From NCBI GenBank assembly GCA_041946735.1, contig JBHGAY010000017.1, forward strand, positions 1 to 64,000: a DNA stretch of 64,000 bases, read 5' to 3'. Both the position numbers and the translations under genes were made by a program. This stretch comes from Candidatus Eiseniibacteriota bacterium. Lineage in GTDB: Bacteria > Eisenbacteria > RBG-16-71-46 > CAIMUX01 > VGJL01. The notes below the pieces were generated by a model. It was not told where the DNA came from and did no database searches. It was given only the letters and a program-made list of their open reading frames with translations. Positions 1 to 8,957 of the stretch are shown in pieces. How positions within the stretch are numbered: the first letter of the stretch is position 1; every line of letters begins with the position of its first letter.

Positions 1-57
1 TCCCATGGCTCCCATTCTCCCTCCAAATGGAGCCTCCGGGAATCCCGGGGCGGTTCA
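1..57 (-). mobile_element. IS3-family (IS51/IS6110-like) left end; transposase OrfA starts at nt 6 and runs off the window
   Basis: Minus strand reads TGAACCGCCCCGGGATTCCCGGAGGCTCC, resembling the IS6110/IS629-type terminal IR, followed by GGAG RBS-like motifs and ATG at 6-4. Confidence 0.75.
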
Positions 58-81
58 CAGGTCTGATGGAGCATCGAGGGG

Positions 82-175
82 TGAGCGATCGGGGACATAG
101 GTGACAAATCAGTCCGGGGACATGGGTAACACTTGTTTACGGAACATCCGGCCATGAGCGTCTTCGATTCTGAGC
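82..175 (-). mobile_element. IS481-family right end with transposase C-terminal remnant
   Basis: Two near-identical 16-mers, GGGGACATAGGTGACA (91-106) and GGGGACATGGGTAACA (116-131). Minus frame ends LRIEDAHGRMFRKQVLPMSPD*, resembling IS481 transposase C-termini that run into the terminal repeats. Confidence 0.6.
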
Positions 176-182
176 GCTAGGT
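166..182 (+). other. Degenerate attC right half upstream of the DinB cassette
   Basis: GATTCTGAGCGCTAGGT matches 15/17 with the right arm of the attC at 2678-2694 (GATCCTGAGCGCTAGGC). Confidence 0.4.
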
Positions 183-229
183 GGCGAGGAGCAGGTGGGC
201 GCGAACGGCAGGAGGAGGTCAGGGCAGAC

Positions 230-670
230 ATGCGTATTCTCGAGCATCTGTTTCTCGTCGGCGAGTATGCGGAGAGAGCGCACCTATTGTCAGGGTTGAC
301 GCTCGAACAGGTGAATGCCCGGCCAGAGGGCGCGTCACACTCCATCTACGACGAGCTGTGGCATCTTGTGGGATACCAGCAGAGCATCATTGCGCCAGGG
401 GAGCCAATTCCCGACGAGCGGTACCCGACGACCGCACCTGAACGTGAGGATGAATGGCAGCGGCTGGTTCAACTCTTCCTCACCGGGGCCCGCGCAGCCG
501 CTGAGCTGGGAGAGGTGCCTGCGCGCCTAGCCGCCGAACTCGAGCCGGGCGTGACCCTGGCTGACGAGTTGAACTGCGTGGCCGTGCACAACGCATATCA
601 CTTTGGCAAGATCGTCGCTTTGCGCCAACGGATTGGTGCGTGGCCACCCAAGGCGTCAGATGCGCAGTGA
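230..670 (+). CDS. DinB/YfiT family protein
   Basis: HSIYDELWHL...HNAYHFGKI metal-binding His pattern; followed by an attC. Confidence 0.85.
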   Translation: MRILEHLFLVGEYAERAHLLSGLTLEQVNARPEGASHSIYDELWHLVGYQQSIIAPGEPIPDERYPTTAPEREDEWQRLVQLFLTGARAAAELGEVPARLAAELEPGVTLADELNCVAVHNAYHFGKIVALRQRIGAWPPKASDAQ

Positions 671-693
671 TTCGTCGCGTGGTGCTCCGCGTC

Positions 694-796
694 GCCTAAC
701 TCCGCCCTGCAGGCGACGATGACGCGGCACACAATAGGTCGTAAACTGTTCGCGCAGCTCGGCCGCCTGATCGCGCCTTAGCTATCACCGTTAGGC
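694..796 (+). other. Integron attC site (near intact)
   Basis: R'' GCCTAAC 694-700 and R' GTTAGGC 790-796 are exact complements. L'' CT(G)CAGGCG pairs with CGCCTTAG (extrahelical G, one mismatch), with a further inner stem; 103 bp. Confidence 0.8.
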
Positions 797-886
797 AGCG
801 ACCTGGAAGCTTGCTCAAACGACGAAGAGATGCCATGCCGCTCATGCCTTCATCATCGAGTATCACCGCCGCGAATGACGCACCTC

Positions 887-985
887 GGCGAGCCACTTGT
901 AGCCAATGCGGCGGTTCACGCCGTAGCGCTGGCAGAGCTCGGTCATCGTGAAGCGGTCCGCCAGAGCGTCGGTCACGAATTGTCG
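887..985 (-). pseudogene. IS481-family transposase N-terminal HTH fragment
   Basis: RQFVTDALADRFTMTELCQRYGVNRRIGYKWLA resembles the IS481 N-terminal HTH; no start codon and no DDE domain. Confidence 0.7.
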
Positions 986-1032
986 GCCGCCAGGTACTCG
1001 AGAGCCTCCTCGCCACCGACGCGGCGGTCCGC

Positions 1033-1839
1033 GTGATCGCCCGCGAGCCCGATCGTGTCGCGCAGCGAGCACGCGACCGCGTCGACGTCGTGCAGGGATC
1101 ACACGCCGACCCCGCCGTGATCGATGCGGCATTCGAGGGTGCTGACGAAGTCTTCTGGCTGGTACCACCGAACCCACGCGCGGAGAGCGTCGAGGCGGCA
1201 TACGTCGAGTTCACGGTTCCTGCCGCTGCGGCATTCACCCGGCACAACGTCAAGCGAGTCGTCGGCATCTCGGCGCTCGGTCGCGGTACTCCACAGGCGA
1301 GGCACGCGGGGCTCGTCACCGGATCGCTCGCGATGGACGATCTCATCGGGCGCACGGGCGTTGCCTATCGAGCAGTGACCTGTCCGTCATTCATGGACAA
1401 CCTCCTCCGGCAGGTGGACGCGATCAGGAACAGCGGCATGTTCTTCTCGCCGATCGACAGTGACCGAAAACTCCCGAGCTGCGCCACTCGCGACATTGCG
1501 GCGGTCGCCACACGGCTGCTGCTCGACACGTCGTGGACAGGCGCCGGCGAGGCTGCCGTGTTGGGTCCGGAGGATCTGTCATTCACCGATATGGCGCGCA
1601 TCATGACCGATGTGTTAGGCAGGCCGGTGCGCTTCCAGCAAATGTCGTTCGACGCCTACAAGGCGCGATTCGAGGAGCGCGGGATGTCCGAGGTGATGGC
1701 ACAGGCGATGACCGACATGGCATCGGCAAAGAACGAAGGTCTCGACAACGCCGAGCTCCGGACACCGGAGAATACGACGCCCACGCGATTCGAGACCTGG
1801 TGCGAGGAGGTGCTCAAGCCCAGGGTACTTGCTGCCTAA
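1033..1839 (+). CDS. NmrA-like NAD(P)H-binding protein, 5'-truncated (probable pseudogene)
   Basis: NmrA-type fold. The frame extends upstream to ~982 (VGRQVLESLL) but the first Rossmann strand/start is replaced by the IS fragment. Stop codon lies inside GCCTAAC (1834-1840). Confidence 0.75.
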   Translation: MIAREPDRVAQRARDRVDVVQGSHADPAVIDAAFEGADEVFWLVPPNPRAESVEAAYVEFTVPAAAAFTRHNVKRVVGISALGRGTPQARHAGLVTGSLAMDDLIGRTGVAYRAVTCPSFMDNLLRQVDAIRNSGMFFSPIDSDRKLPSCATRDIAAVATRLLLDTSWTGAGEAAVLGPEDLSFTDMARIMTDVLGRPVRFQQMSFDAYKARFEERGMSEVMAQAMTDMASAKNEGLDNAELRTPENTTPTRFETWCEEVLKPRVLAA

Positions 1840-1979
1840 CTAGGTCCGGGCGGTGGGCTCCCCGCATTGGGCGGCTCAATACTGCACGGGGTGCTCGGGG
1901 TGGCATTGCTGGGTGCCTTGGTTGGTCGAGGTCAGCATTCAGAGGGGCAATAGCCCGTCGGAGGGCATACCGGTGCGAA

Positions 1980-2012
1980 GCCTAACACGCGCACATAGCG
2001 AAGCCGTTGGGC
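1980..2012 (+). other. Internally deleted attC remnant
   Basis: GCCTAAC (1980-1986) and GTTGGGC (2006-2012) are only 19 nt apart with no L boxes. Confidence 0.4.
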
Positions 2013-2034
2013 ATCTATGGAAGCGAGGCACGCC

Positions 2035-2637
2035 ATGACCGAGCATATCGAGATTCGTTGGATCAGAGTTGGTATCGTCGGGGGCCTCTGTGCAAGCATC
2101 CTGTACCCGGCTCTGCTGCTCGCACCGCTTCCTCTGCCAATCGCGGCAGCTGTCGCCTCGTTCCTTGGGCCGGCGATCGGTCTGTGCAGTCTTGGCCTCC
2201 ATCGACTCATCAAACTCCATGGCCATTCCGTGACCGCTGCCCTTGGTGCCGTGAGTAACATCGTCGCCGGTGGCCTCTTCACGGCGATGGTGCTGGTGCA
2301 ACTAGCCGTTCGCGCTCGAGCACCGGAGCGGGCCTCCGACCTCGTAGGCGTCTGGCTGGGCCTCGACGTAGCCTGGGACATTTACATTGGCCTTGGCACG
2401 TTGGCCTTTGGCTGGGCCATGTGGCGGCACCCTCGCTTCGGCTGGCCGTTCTCCGCCGTTGGCCTGTTGCTGGGCCTGCTCGTCATCGTGCTCAACCTCA
2501 TCCCATTCCCCACTCCTCCGGCAAGCGCTGGGTCGTTCGATATCGGCCCGTTCGTGGGGGTCTGGTACCTGGCCGTGACGATCCAGGTGTGGCGAAGCCT
2601 CTCCTGGGCGCGTGAACGATGCGGATCGACCGCCTGA
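2035..2637 (+). CDS. Multi-pass membrane protein (DUF4386-like)
   Basis: About 6 hydrophobic segments; GAGG RBS; stop codon overlaps the attC R'' box. Confidence 0.7.
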   Translation: MTEHIEIRWIRVGIVGGLCASILYPALLLAPLPLPIAAAVASFLGPAIGLCSLGLHRLIKLHGHSVTAALGAVSNIVAGGLFTAMVLVQLAVRARAPERASDLVGVWLGLDVAWDIYIGLGTLAFGWAMWRHPRFGWPFSAVGLLLGLLVIVLNLIPFPTPPASAGSFDIGPFVGVWYLAVTIQVWRSLSWARERCGSTA

Positions 2638-2694
2638 CAACATCATGCAGCGGACGGCGCCTCGCGTGCCCGCCGCTGATCCTGAGCGCTAGGC
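2632..2694 (+). other. Integron attC site with mutated core triplets
   Basis: GCCTGAC-AACATC-AT(G)CAGCGG...CCGCTGAT-CCTGAGC-GCTAGGC: perfect L''/L' pairing with an extrahelical G. R boxes carry AAC>GAC and GTT>GCT; 63 bp. Confidence 0.75.
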
Positions 2695-2730
2695 CACCCG
2701 AGAGGCCGGCCGAGATCCACACCGTCGCTT

Positions 2731-2757
2731 CGCCGCCTGCCAACCGGGGCGTTAGGC
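2731..2757 (+). other. Orphan attC right half
   Basis: GTTAGGC at 2751-2757, about 40 nt before the YciI start; no matching left half. Confidence 0.4.
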
Positions 2758-2798
2758 CTCGCGCCGAATTCCGAAACTCACACCCGGAGGACCGAACG

Positions 2799-3140
2799 AT
2801 GACGAAGTACCTTATCTCCTTCCCCGGATCGGCGATGGACATCTCCGACGAAGACATGGCTGCCGTCGGCGAAGCGGCACACGCGGTCATACGCGAGGCG
2901 AAGGATGCAGGCGTTTATGTGTTCAGCGGTGGCATCAACGAGGACGTTGCGCCGCTGATGGTCGCCGCGGACGGCACCGTCACGAATGACACCTACCCGG
3001 AGACCAAGGAGTTCAGCGGCGGCTTCTGTGTCCTGGAACTCCCGTCGCGCGAAGCTGCCGTCCAATGGGCCGCAAAGATCGCCAAAGCCTGCCGCTGCTC
3101 GCAGGAACTTCGCGAGTTCGGGTACGATCCCGAGAGCTGA
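2799..3140 (+). CDS. YciI family (DGPF-domain-like) protein
   Basis: TYPETKEFSGGFCVLELPSREAAVQWAAKI motif; GGAGG RBS. Confidence 0.85.
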   Translation: MTKYLISFPGSAMDISDEDMAAVGEAAHAVIREAKDAGVYVFSGGINEDVAPLMVAADGTVTNDTYPETKEFSGGFCVLELPSREAAVQWAAKIAKACRCSQELREFGYDPES

Positions 3141-3348
3141 GCAGCGAGGTGGGGGACCGATTCGGGAATGCCGACGGCGGGAGGTCGGCTGCCCGTGACT
3201 CGCATAGACAGAGAGCCGGTGACCGACTGCGGCCGAATGGCCGAGAGCACGCGTAAGGAGCGTGGACGTCCGACATGGCTTTGGAGCTGGGAACCAACAT
3301 ATGACTTCGTCTTTCGATGTGAGGCCCGCCTTGACCCATAGGCGAGCC

Positions 3349-4029
3349 ATGGAATCACTGCCGCCTGCGACTACCATTCATGTTCGCGGCCCGCGACCCA
3401 ACGCGAGGCAGCTCGCCTCCGAGATGGCGGATGTAGCCGTCTCGATCCCACTATTCCTGATCACCCCTCTCCTTCGCCCCTGGCACCAACGTTGGGGCGC
3501 TACGGATGCGGAGGTCAGCGCTCCCTTGCCGGGGGATGAGGTGGTGCCCGGATGTCAGTACGTCGTTACACGCGCTGTCAGCGTGAAAGCGCCGCCTGCT
3601 GCGGTATGGCCCTGGCTGGTTCAGATCGGATTCGGTAGAGCCGGGTTCTATTCCAATGATCTCCTCGACAACGCCGGCCATCCGAGCGCCGCGGCGATCC
3701 TGCCAGACCTGCAGGACTTGAAGATCGGGGATTGGATCCCCATGTTCAGGACAGTCAATGACACGACCGCCTTCCGCGTGGCGGAGATCCAATCCGAGCG
3801 AATCCTCGTCTGGGCGAAACCCGACAGTTCCTGGGCATGGGAACTCCGATCGGTCGCCGAAGGCACGCGTCTCGTCACGAGGCTCCGGATCCTTTACCGG
3901 TGGAAGTTCCCGGCGGAGGCCGTGTTCTCGCTCGTGCTCAACGAGTGTGGGGACTTCGCCATGATGCGCAGGATGCTGCTGACACTGAAGCGGCGAGCCG
4001 AAGATCACGCCAGAAAGGCTTCGTCATGA
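3349..4029 (+). CDS. SRPBCC-like hypothetical protein
   Basis: WGATDAEV..LPGD...TRAVSVKAPPAAVWPWLVQIGFGRAGFYS; start uncertain. Confidence 0.7.
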   Translation: MESLPPATTIHVRGPRPNARQLASEMADVAVSIPLFLITPLLRPWHQRWGATDAEVSAPLPGDEVVPGCQYVVTRAVSVKAPPAAVWPWLVQIGFGRAGFYSNDLLDNAGHPSAAAILPDLQDLKIGDWIPMFRTVNDTTAFRVAEIQSERILVWAKPDSSWAWELRSVAEGTRLVTRLRILYRWKFPAEAVFSLVLNECGDFAMMRRMLLTLKRRAEDHARKASS

Positions 4030-4087
4030 GGGAAGATCGGACCCCCGCACATGCGCACGTGCGCGCGCGTCTGACAGGAGGAATCGA

Positions 4088-4825
4088 ATGCGTGGCAAAC
4101 GGATCTTGTCGCTTTCAGGCGCGGAAGTTCAGGAGCATCGCGTTCGACTGAGGCCGTTCGAGCCGGCGCACGGCGACTCCGAACTGATCACCGCGATCTC
4201 GCGCCACATCGAACGGCATGTTGGGCGAGTCGCCAAGGTCCACCATGAGAGCAATTCGGATCTCGTCCACATCGACGTTCATCACGTCGCGCCAACCAGC
4301 GAGCGGCCCTATCACGTGCTGATTACGTCCGGCATGAGCGAGCGCCCGATGCCGGCGCCTCCCGGGGCCGAGAACTGCCGGTTTGCGGAGCTTCTCATCG
4401 CACTTCCTCTTTGGTGGCCGTTGAAGAAGAGCGCCGCGCGGAAGGCCGGGTGGCTTTGGCCGATCCGGGAACTCAGGGCTTGTGCGAGGTTCCCGCATGC
4501 GTTCGATACATGGGTGTGGTACGGCCATACGATCCAGAGCAGCGACGCTGCATCCTATCACCGGTCCGTACGCTTCAACTCCGTTGCGCTCGGTCCGAGC
4601 TATCTCGTCGACCCAGGACTCGCCACTCTCGAGGTCTCGCCCGACCGGGTGGTCTCATTCTTCGCGCTGCATTTCCTCTACCCGGAGGAACTTCAGTTGA
4701 AGATGCGAGTCGGAATCGATGCCGTGTGGGATCTGTTCGAGAAGGATGGCATCTCCGAGATGGTCGATCCGATGCGCAGGAACGTCTGTCGTCCGAGTTC
4801 GTCGCCGCCGAGACGAGGGACCTGA
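4088..4825 (+). CDS. Suppressor-of-fused (SUFU) domain protein
   Basis: SDLVHIDV...LITSGMSERPM...FAEL...GHT...LYPEEL motifs. Confidence 0.8.
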   Translation: MRGKRILSLSGAEVQEHRVRLRPFEPAHGDSELITAISRHIERHVGRVAKVHHESNSDLVHIDVHHVAPTSERPYHVLITSGMSERPMPAPPGAENCRFAELLIALPLWWPLKKSAARKAGWLWPIRELRACARFPHAFDTWVWYGHTIQSSDAASYHRSVRFNSVALGPSYLVDPGLATLEVSPDRVVSFFALHFLYPEELQLKMRVGIDAVWDLFEKDGISEMVDPMRRNVCRPSSSPPRRGT

Positions 4826-5086
4826 CATGCCCCCGTCAGCGGGGGACGGGCGACGGCAAGGCGGCAGCGTATGTAGCCCCCGTGCACCGAACGGGCGGAC
4901 GGGCATCGAATCCACCTGCCCGTGCTGCGTCGAGACGGTGAAGGTCCCTGCAGATTCCGCGTGAACGGAGCCGACACGGGCCCCATCCTCCTTCCGGAGG
5001 GCGTGACTGTCTCGCCGGCCGTGTCTCTCCTTCGGGAGACGCGGCGTGTCAGGCTCACAGGTTTTATCGAAGCCGAGCGATCCGTC

Positions 5087-5166
5087 GCCTGACACACGGT
5101 GCTGCACCGTACGCGGTGATCCCAGCTCTGACACACTTTTGGGCGACGGGCCAGGGTGTCCTAGGC
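5087..5166 (+). other. Highly degenerate attC-like remnant
   Basis: GCCTGAC overlapping the stop of an orphan reading frame, a CTGCACCG/CGGTGA L-like pair, and distal GTCCTAGGC. Confidence 0.3.
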
Positions 5167-5189
5167 CGGTAGAAAGGTTGGTGGAGTCG

Positions 5190-5693
5190 ATGACCGCCGA
5201 AGTCAACCGACTGGACGAGCAGCTCAGGCGGGCGCTCGAGGGCAAGGCTTGGCACGGGCCCTCGGTGCTCGAGCTGCTGGCTGGCGTTTCCGCTGCACAA
5301 GCGGCCGGCCATCCCATCGCAGGTGCGCACAGCATCTGGGAACTGGTGCTTCATCTTTCCAGTGATTACGAAGTGGTGCTCCGGAGATTGGCAGGCGACG
5401 GACGCCCACTCACGGCGGCTGAAGACTGGCCGACCTGTCCGGCGCCGACCGAGGAGAACTGGCAACAGACGGTGCGGGATCTCACCCGACGGAACGAAGA
5501 GCTGCGGCGGGCCGTGCGGGCTTTTCCGGAGGAACGCTTGGACGACCTCCTCGTAGCCGCATCGCCCTACACCGCCTACACGCAGTTCATCGGCGTCACT
5601 CAGCACAACCTCTATCACGCGGGCCAGATCGCGTTGCTGAAGCGCGCCTTTGCATCAGCTACGAAAGCCAGCACGACCGGCGAGGAGACCTGA
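5190..5693 (+). CDS. DinB family protein
   Basis: AWHGPSV...HSIWELVLHL...HNLYHAGQIALLK; ends in ACCTGAC-AGCCG-CTGCAG (attC left-half-like). Confidence 0.88.
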   Translation: MTAEVNRLDEQLRRALEGKAWHGPSVLELLAGVSAAQAAGHPIAGAHSIWELVLHLSSDYEVVLRRLAGDGRPLTAAEDWPTCPAPTEENWQQTVRDLTRRNEELRRAVRAFPEERLDDLLVAASPYTAYTQFIGVTQHNLYHAGQIALLKRAFASATKASTTGEET

Positions 5694-5727
5694 CAGCCGC
5701 TGCAGTCGGAACAGGAGGTCTTACCGG

Positions 5728-6279
5728 ATGCGACCCCTTAGGTATTCCATCAACGTCACACTGGACGGTTGCTGCGACCATCGCATGATGATCGCGGACG
5801 AGCAGATTCACATCCACGCGATCGAGAACCTCGACCGGGCCGACGCCCTCCTCTTTGGCCGGGTGACGTACGAGATGATGGAGGCAGGATGGCGATCTCC
5901 GGCGGCGATGGAGGCGATGCCGGATTGGACGAGACCCTTCGCCCGGAAGATCGACGCGGCGAAGAAGTACGTCGTGTCGAGCACCCTGAAGAAAGTCGAC
6001 TGGAATGCCGAGCTGCTGCGCGGGGACCTGGGAAAGGCTGTGCAGCAGCTCAAGCAAGAGCCGGGCAAGGGACTGCTGGTGGGAGGCGTCACCCTGCCGC
6101 TCGCCTTGACGGAGTTGGGATTGATCGACGAGTACGAGTTCGTGGTGCACCCCAGATTGGCCGGCCGTGGGCCGACGTTGTTCTCGGGATTGTCGCACCT
6201 TGTCGACCTGAGGCTCGTGAGCCGCCTGGAGTTCGGCTCGGGGGCGGTGGCGATGCGGTATGAGCGAAGACAAAGTTGA
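5728..6279 (+). CDS. Dihydrofolate reductase-like (RibD C-terminal) protein
   Basis: NVTLDG...LLFGRVTYEM...GLIDEYEFVVHPRLAGRG; AGGAGG RBS. Confidence 0.88.
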   Translation: MRPLRYSINVTLDGCCDHRMMIADEQIHIHAIENLDRADALLFGRVTYEMMEAGWRSPAAMEAMPDWTRPFARKIDAAKKYVVSSTLKKVDWNAELLRGDLGKAVQQLKQEPGKGLLVGGVTLPLALTELGLIDEYEFVVHPRLAGRGPTLFSGLSHLVDLRLVSRLEFGSGAVAMRYERRQS

Positions 6280-6381
6280 CGCGATTTCGTGGATCCCGCC
6301 GACAGGTGATGCCTGCGCTAGAAAGCAGCGCCACTCGGTCCAGCCGAGGTAGATCGATCGCGTCGCATGAGGAGCGTACCC

Positions 6382-6834
6382 ATGAGAGAGTCGACCCTCT
6401 TCGAAAGCCTCGGTGGAGCTGCGGGCGTGCTCAGGCTCGCGCAAGCATGGCACGAGTGCGTTCTGAAGGACGAGGTCGTCGCCCACGCCTTCAGCCACGG
6501 CTTCCACCCTCAGCACACCGAACGCCTCGCCGCGTATTGGGGTGAGGCCTTGGGCGGCCCGCCGACCTATAGCGAACGATATGGCAACGAGTCCCACGTC
6601 GTTCGTCTGCACAGCGGGAACGGCGTTCATGAGGAAATGGATCGTCGTGCAATTGACTGCTTCGACCAAGCGATGGACCTGATCGGGCTTACCGATCCTG
6701 ATCTCCGCCGCGCGCTTCATGACTACTTTGCGTGGGCGACAACCACATCGATGATGGCATACCCCGAGGACGCCGGTCGCGTCCCGGACGATCTACGTCT
6801 CCCGCGATGGTCGTGGGACGGATTGCAGCCCTGA
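6382..6834 (+). CDS. Group II truncated hemoglobin
   Basis: TLFESLGG...HTERLAAYWGEALGGP..YS...H; GAGGAG RBS. Confidence 0.85.
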   Translation: MRESTLFESLGGAAGVLRLAQAWHECVLKDEVVAHAFSHGFHPQHTERLAAYWGEALGGPPTYSERYGNESHVVRLHSGNGVHEEMDRRAIDCFDQAMDLIGLTDPDLRRALHDYFAWATTTSMMAYPEDAGRVPDDLRLPRWSWDGLQP

Positions 6835-6844
6835 CGATCGGATC

Positions 6845-7168
6845 GACTCCGTCGTCATCGGCTACTCGCCGACGGGCCGAGGAAACGAGGCAATCGTCGC
6901 GATCGCCGCCCGCGTCGACGGTGTGTATCTGTACCTGTCGCACGGACCGCAGCTGCCCGACCCGAAGAAGCTTCTGCAGGGATCCGGAAAGCAGACCCGC
7001 TTCATGCGAATCGAGGGAGCCAGCCAGTTGGGAGATCCGGACGTGGAGGCGCTGATTGTCGCGGCGAATGATCGCGCGACGGTTCCCGTGCCCTCCAGCG
7101 GGACGGGGAAGCTCATCATCCAGTCGTCTGCATCCAAACGGCGACCGCGCAGCACGCCCACGGAGTGA
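6845..7168 (+). pseudogene. DUF1801-like protein, 5'-truncated
   Basis: DSVVIGYSPTGRG..AIVAI...LPDPKKLLQGSGKQTRF; frame starts abruptly just after the hemoglobin stop with no RBS. Confidence 0.6.
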
Positions 7169-7278
7169 CGGCAGGCATTGGCCAGGGACGCGCTACGGCA
7201 GGCCACTGGCGGGGAGGAGTAGCAGTCGATCCTGCGCCTCCTGGCAGGATTCGTCATCCGACCTTCGAGAGGTAAATC

Positions 7279-7917
7279 ATGAGCAAAGTCTTCGTCAACA
7301 TCGGGCTCAGCCTCGATGGCTACATGGCACCGGAAGGAATGACCCTGGAGAATTGGGACAAGCCTGAGTACAAGAACTGGGGTGCTAAGTGGGGTGCGCT
7401 GATGGGCTGGGCTCTCAATCAACAGTACATCCGCGAGAACCTGAAGCTCGGATCAGGGGGAGAGACGGGCCCGGTCAACGACCTGCTTCGTACCACTACC
7501 GAGCGCATCGGCGCCAACATCATGGGCAAGCGCATGTTCGACCAAGGTGAACGCGCCTGGCCGGAGGAGGCTCCGTTCCACACACCTGTGTACGTTCTTA
7601 CCCATGAGAAGCGCGAACCCTGGGCGCGCCCTGGTGGGACGCTCTTTTACTTCATCAATGACGGGCCGGAGCATGCCCTGGAGCTGGCTCGGGAATCCGC
7701 GGGCAGTCGTGATATTCGTATCTCGGGTGGAGCGGATGTGATCCAGCAGTACCTGAACCTGGGTGTCGTTGACGAGCTGGAAATCGCCCTGGCACCCGTG
7801 TTGTTCGGCGGCGGGCGGCGTCTCTTCGAGAACCTACGCGAGCCCGGGCTGCGGCTTCGCATTGACAGGGTCCTTGATGGTCCGGCTGCCACACACGTGC
7901 GTTACGCGCGTGAGTGA
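7279..7917 (+). CDS. Dihydrofolate reductase-like (RibD C-terminal) protein
   Basis: SLDGYMA...IMGKRMF...ISGGADVIQQYL..VDEL...PVLFGGG. Confidence 0.88.
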   Translation: MSKVFVNIGLSLDGYMAPEGMTLENWDKPEYKNWGAKWGALMGWALNQQYIRENLKLGSGGETGPVNDLLRTTTERIGANIMGKRMFDQGERAWPEEAPFHTPVYVLTHEKREPWARPGGTLFYFINDGPEHALELARESAGSRDIRISGGADVIQQYLNLGVVDELEIALAPVLFGGGRRLFENLREPGLRLRIDRVLDGPAATHVRYARE

Positions 7918-8049
7918 GGGCAGCATGGCATGGCGCTTTCACCGGTGAGGTATCACTACGCTGCGACCTGCCGGCAGAATGCCGGAATCGCTGGACGGCA
8001 TCTGGACCGCAACGCCGCACGTCCATGACCCAAGAGAAACGGGGCGAGC

Positions 8050-8355
8050 ATGAGTGTCAAGCGGATGGACAACGTGGGCATCGTGGTGGAATCCCTCGAT
8101 GCTGCCATAGCATTCTTCGCCGAGCTTGGCCTGAGACTCGAAGGGCGCGCCATGATCGAGGGAGAGTGGGCTGGGCGCATGACACGCATCATGTTCGCCG
8201 TTGACGACATTGACAGGACGCTCGAAAGGCTGCGCGGCCGTGGCGCGCAGCTCGTCGGTGAAGTGGTTCAGTACGAAGAGGCGTATCGGCTCTGCTACAT
8301 CCGCGGGCCTGAAGGTCTGCTCATCGGGCTCGCCGAGGAGCTGAAGCCCAAATGA
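8050..8355 (+). CDS. VOC/glyoxalase family protein with apparent internal in-frame deletion
   Basis: MDNVGIVVESLDAAIAFF and YRLCYIRGPEG termini are present; the middle segment appears missing. Confidence 0.75.
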   Translation: MSVKRMDNVGIVVESLDAAIAFFAELGLRLEGRAMIEGEWAGRMTRIMFAVDDIDRTLERLRGRGAQLVGEVVQYEEAYRLCYIRGPEGLLIGLAEELKPK

Positions 8356-8939
8356 GCGTGAGCCCTCACGTAGACAGGAAGGCAATGCTGCAGGTCGCCA
8401 CACGGAGAGAGTGGCGCGCCTGGTTGCGGAAACACTACAAGTCGGCGAAGGAGATCTGGCTCGTCTATCACAAGAAGAACTCCGGCAAACCCCGCATCCC
8501 TTACAATGACGCAGTTGAAGAGGCGCTATGCTTTGGGTGGATCGACAGCACCGTCAGGAGCATCGACGAAGAACGGTTCGCACAACGCTTCTCGCCGAGA
8601 AACCCGAAGAGCGGATACTCACAGGCAAACAAGGAGAGGCTGAGGGCGCTTGCCAAGCGAGCCAGGCTCATGCCGGAGGTCCTGCAGTCGGTGCAGGAGA
8701 TCCTTGCGGCAGAGGGCGACTTCGAGATCCCGGCGGACATCCTCGAAGCGATCAAGGCAGTCCCGGACGCCTGGCAACACTTCCAAACCTTCTCACCGGC
8801 GTACATTCGCATCAGGGTGTCCTTCATCGCAGCGGCCCGCAAGAGGCCGCCGGAATTCGAGAAGCGTCTGCGTTACTTTGTCCGAATGACGGCAAATGGA
8901 AAGCAGTTCGGCTTCGGCGGTATCGAGAAGCACTACTGA
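8352..8939 (+). CDS. YdeI/OmpD-associated family protein
   Basis: EWRAWL..H...AVEEALCFGWIDS...RFSPR.PKS.YS..NK. Confidence 0.88.
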   Translation: MSVSPHVDRKAMLQVATRREWRAWLRKHYKSAKEIWLVYHKKNSGKPRIPYNDAVEEALCFGWIDSTVRSIDEERFAQRFSPRNPKSGYSQANKERLRALAKRARLMPEVLQSVQEILAAEGDFEIPADILEAIKAVPDAWQHFQTFSPAYIRIRVSFIAAARKRPPEFEKRLRYFVRMTANGKQFGFGGIEKHY

Positions 8940-8957
8940 CGGAGCTTGGAGGAGAGC

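Noticed and set aside
91..131. Two 16-bp direct repeats as a mini-CRISPR
   Set aside because: Only two copies 9 nt apart and no cas genes; better explained as IS481 terminal repeats.
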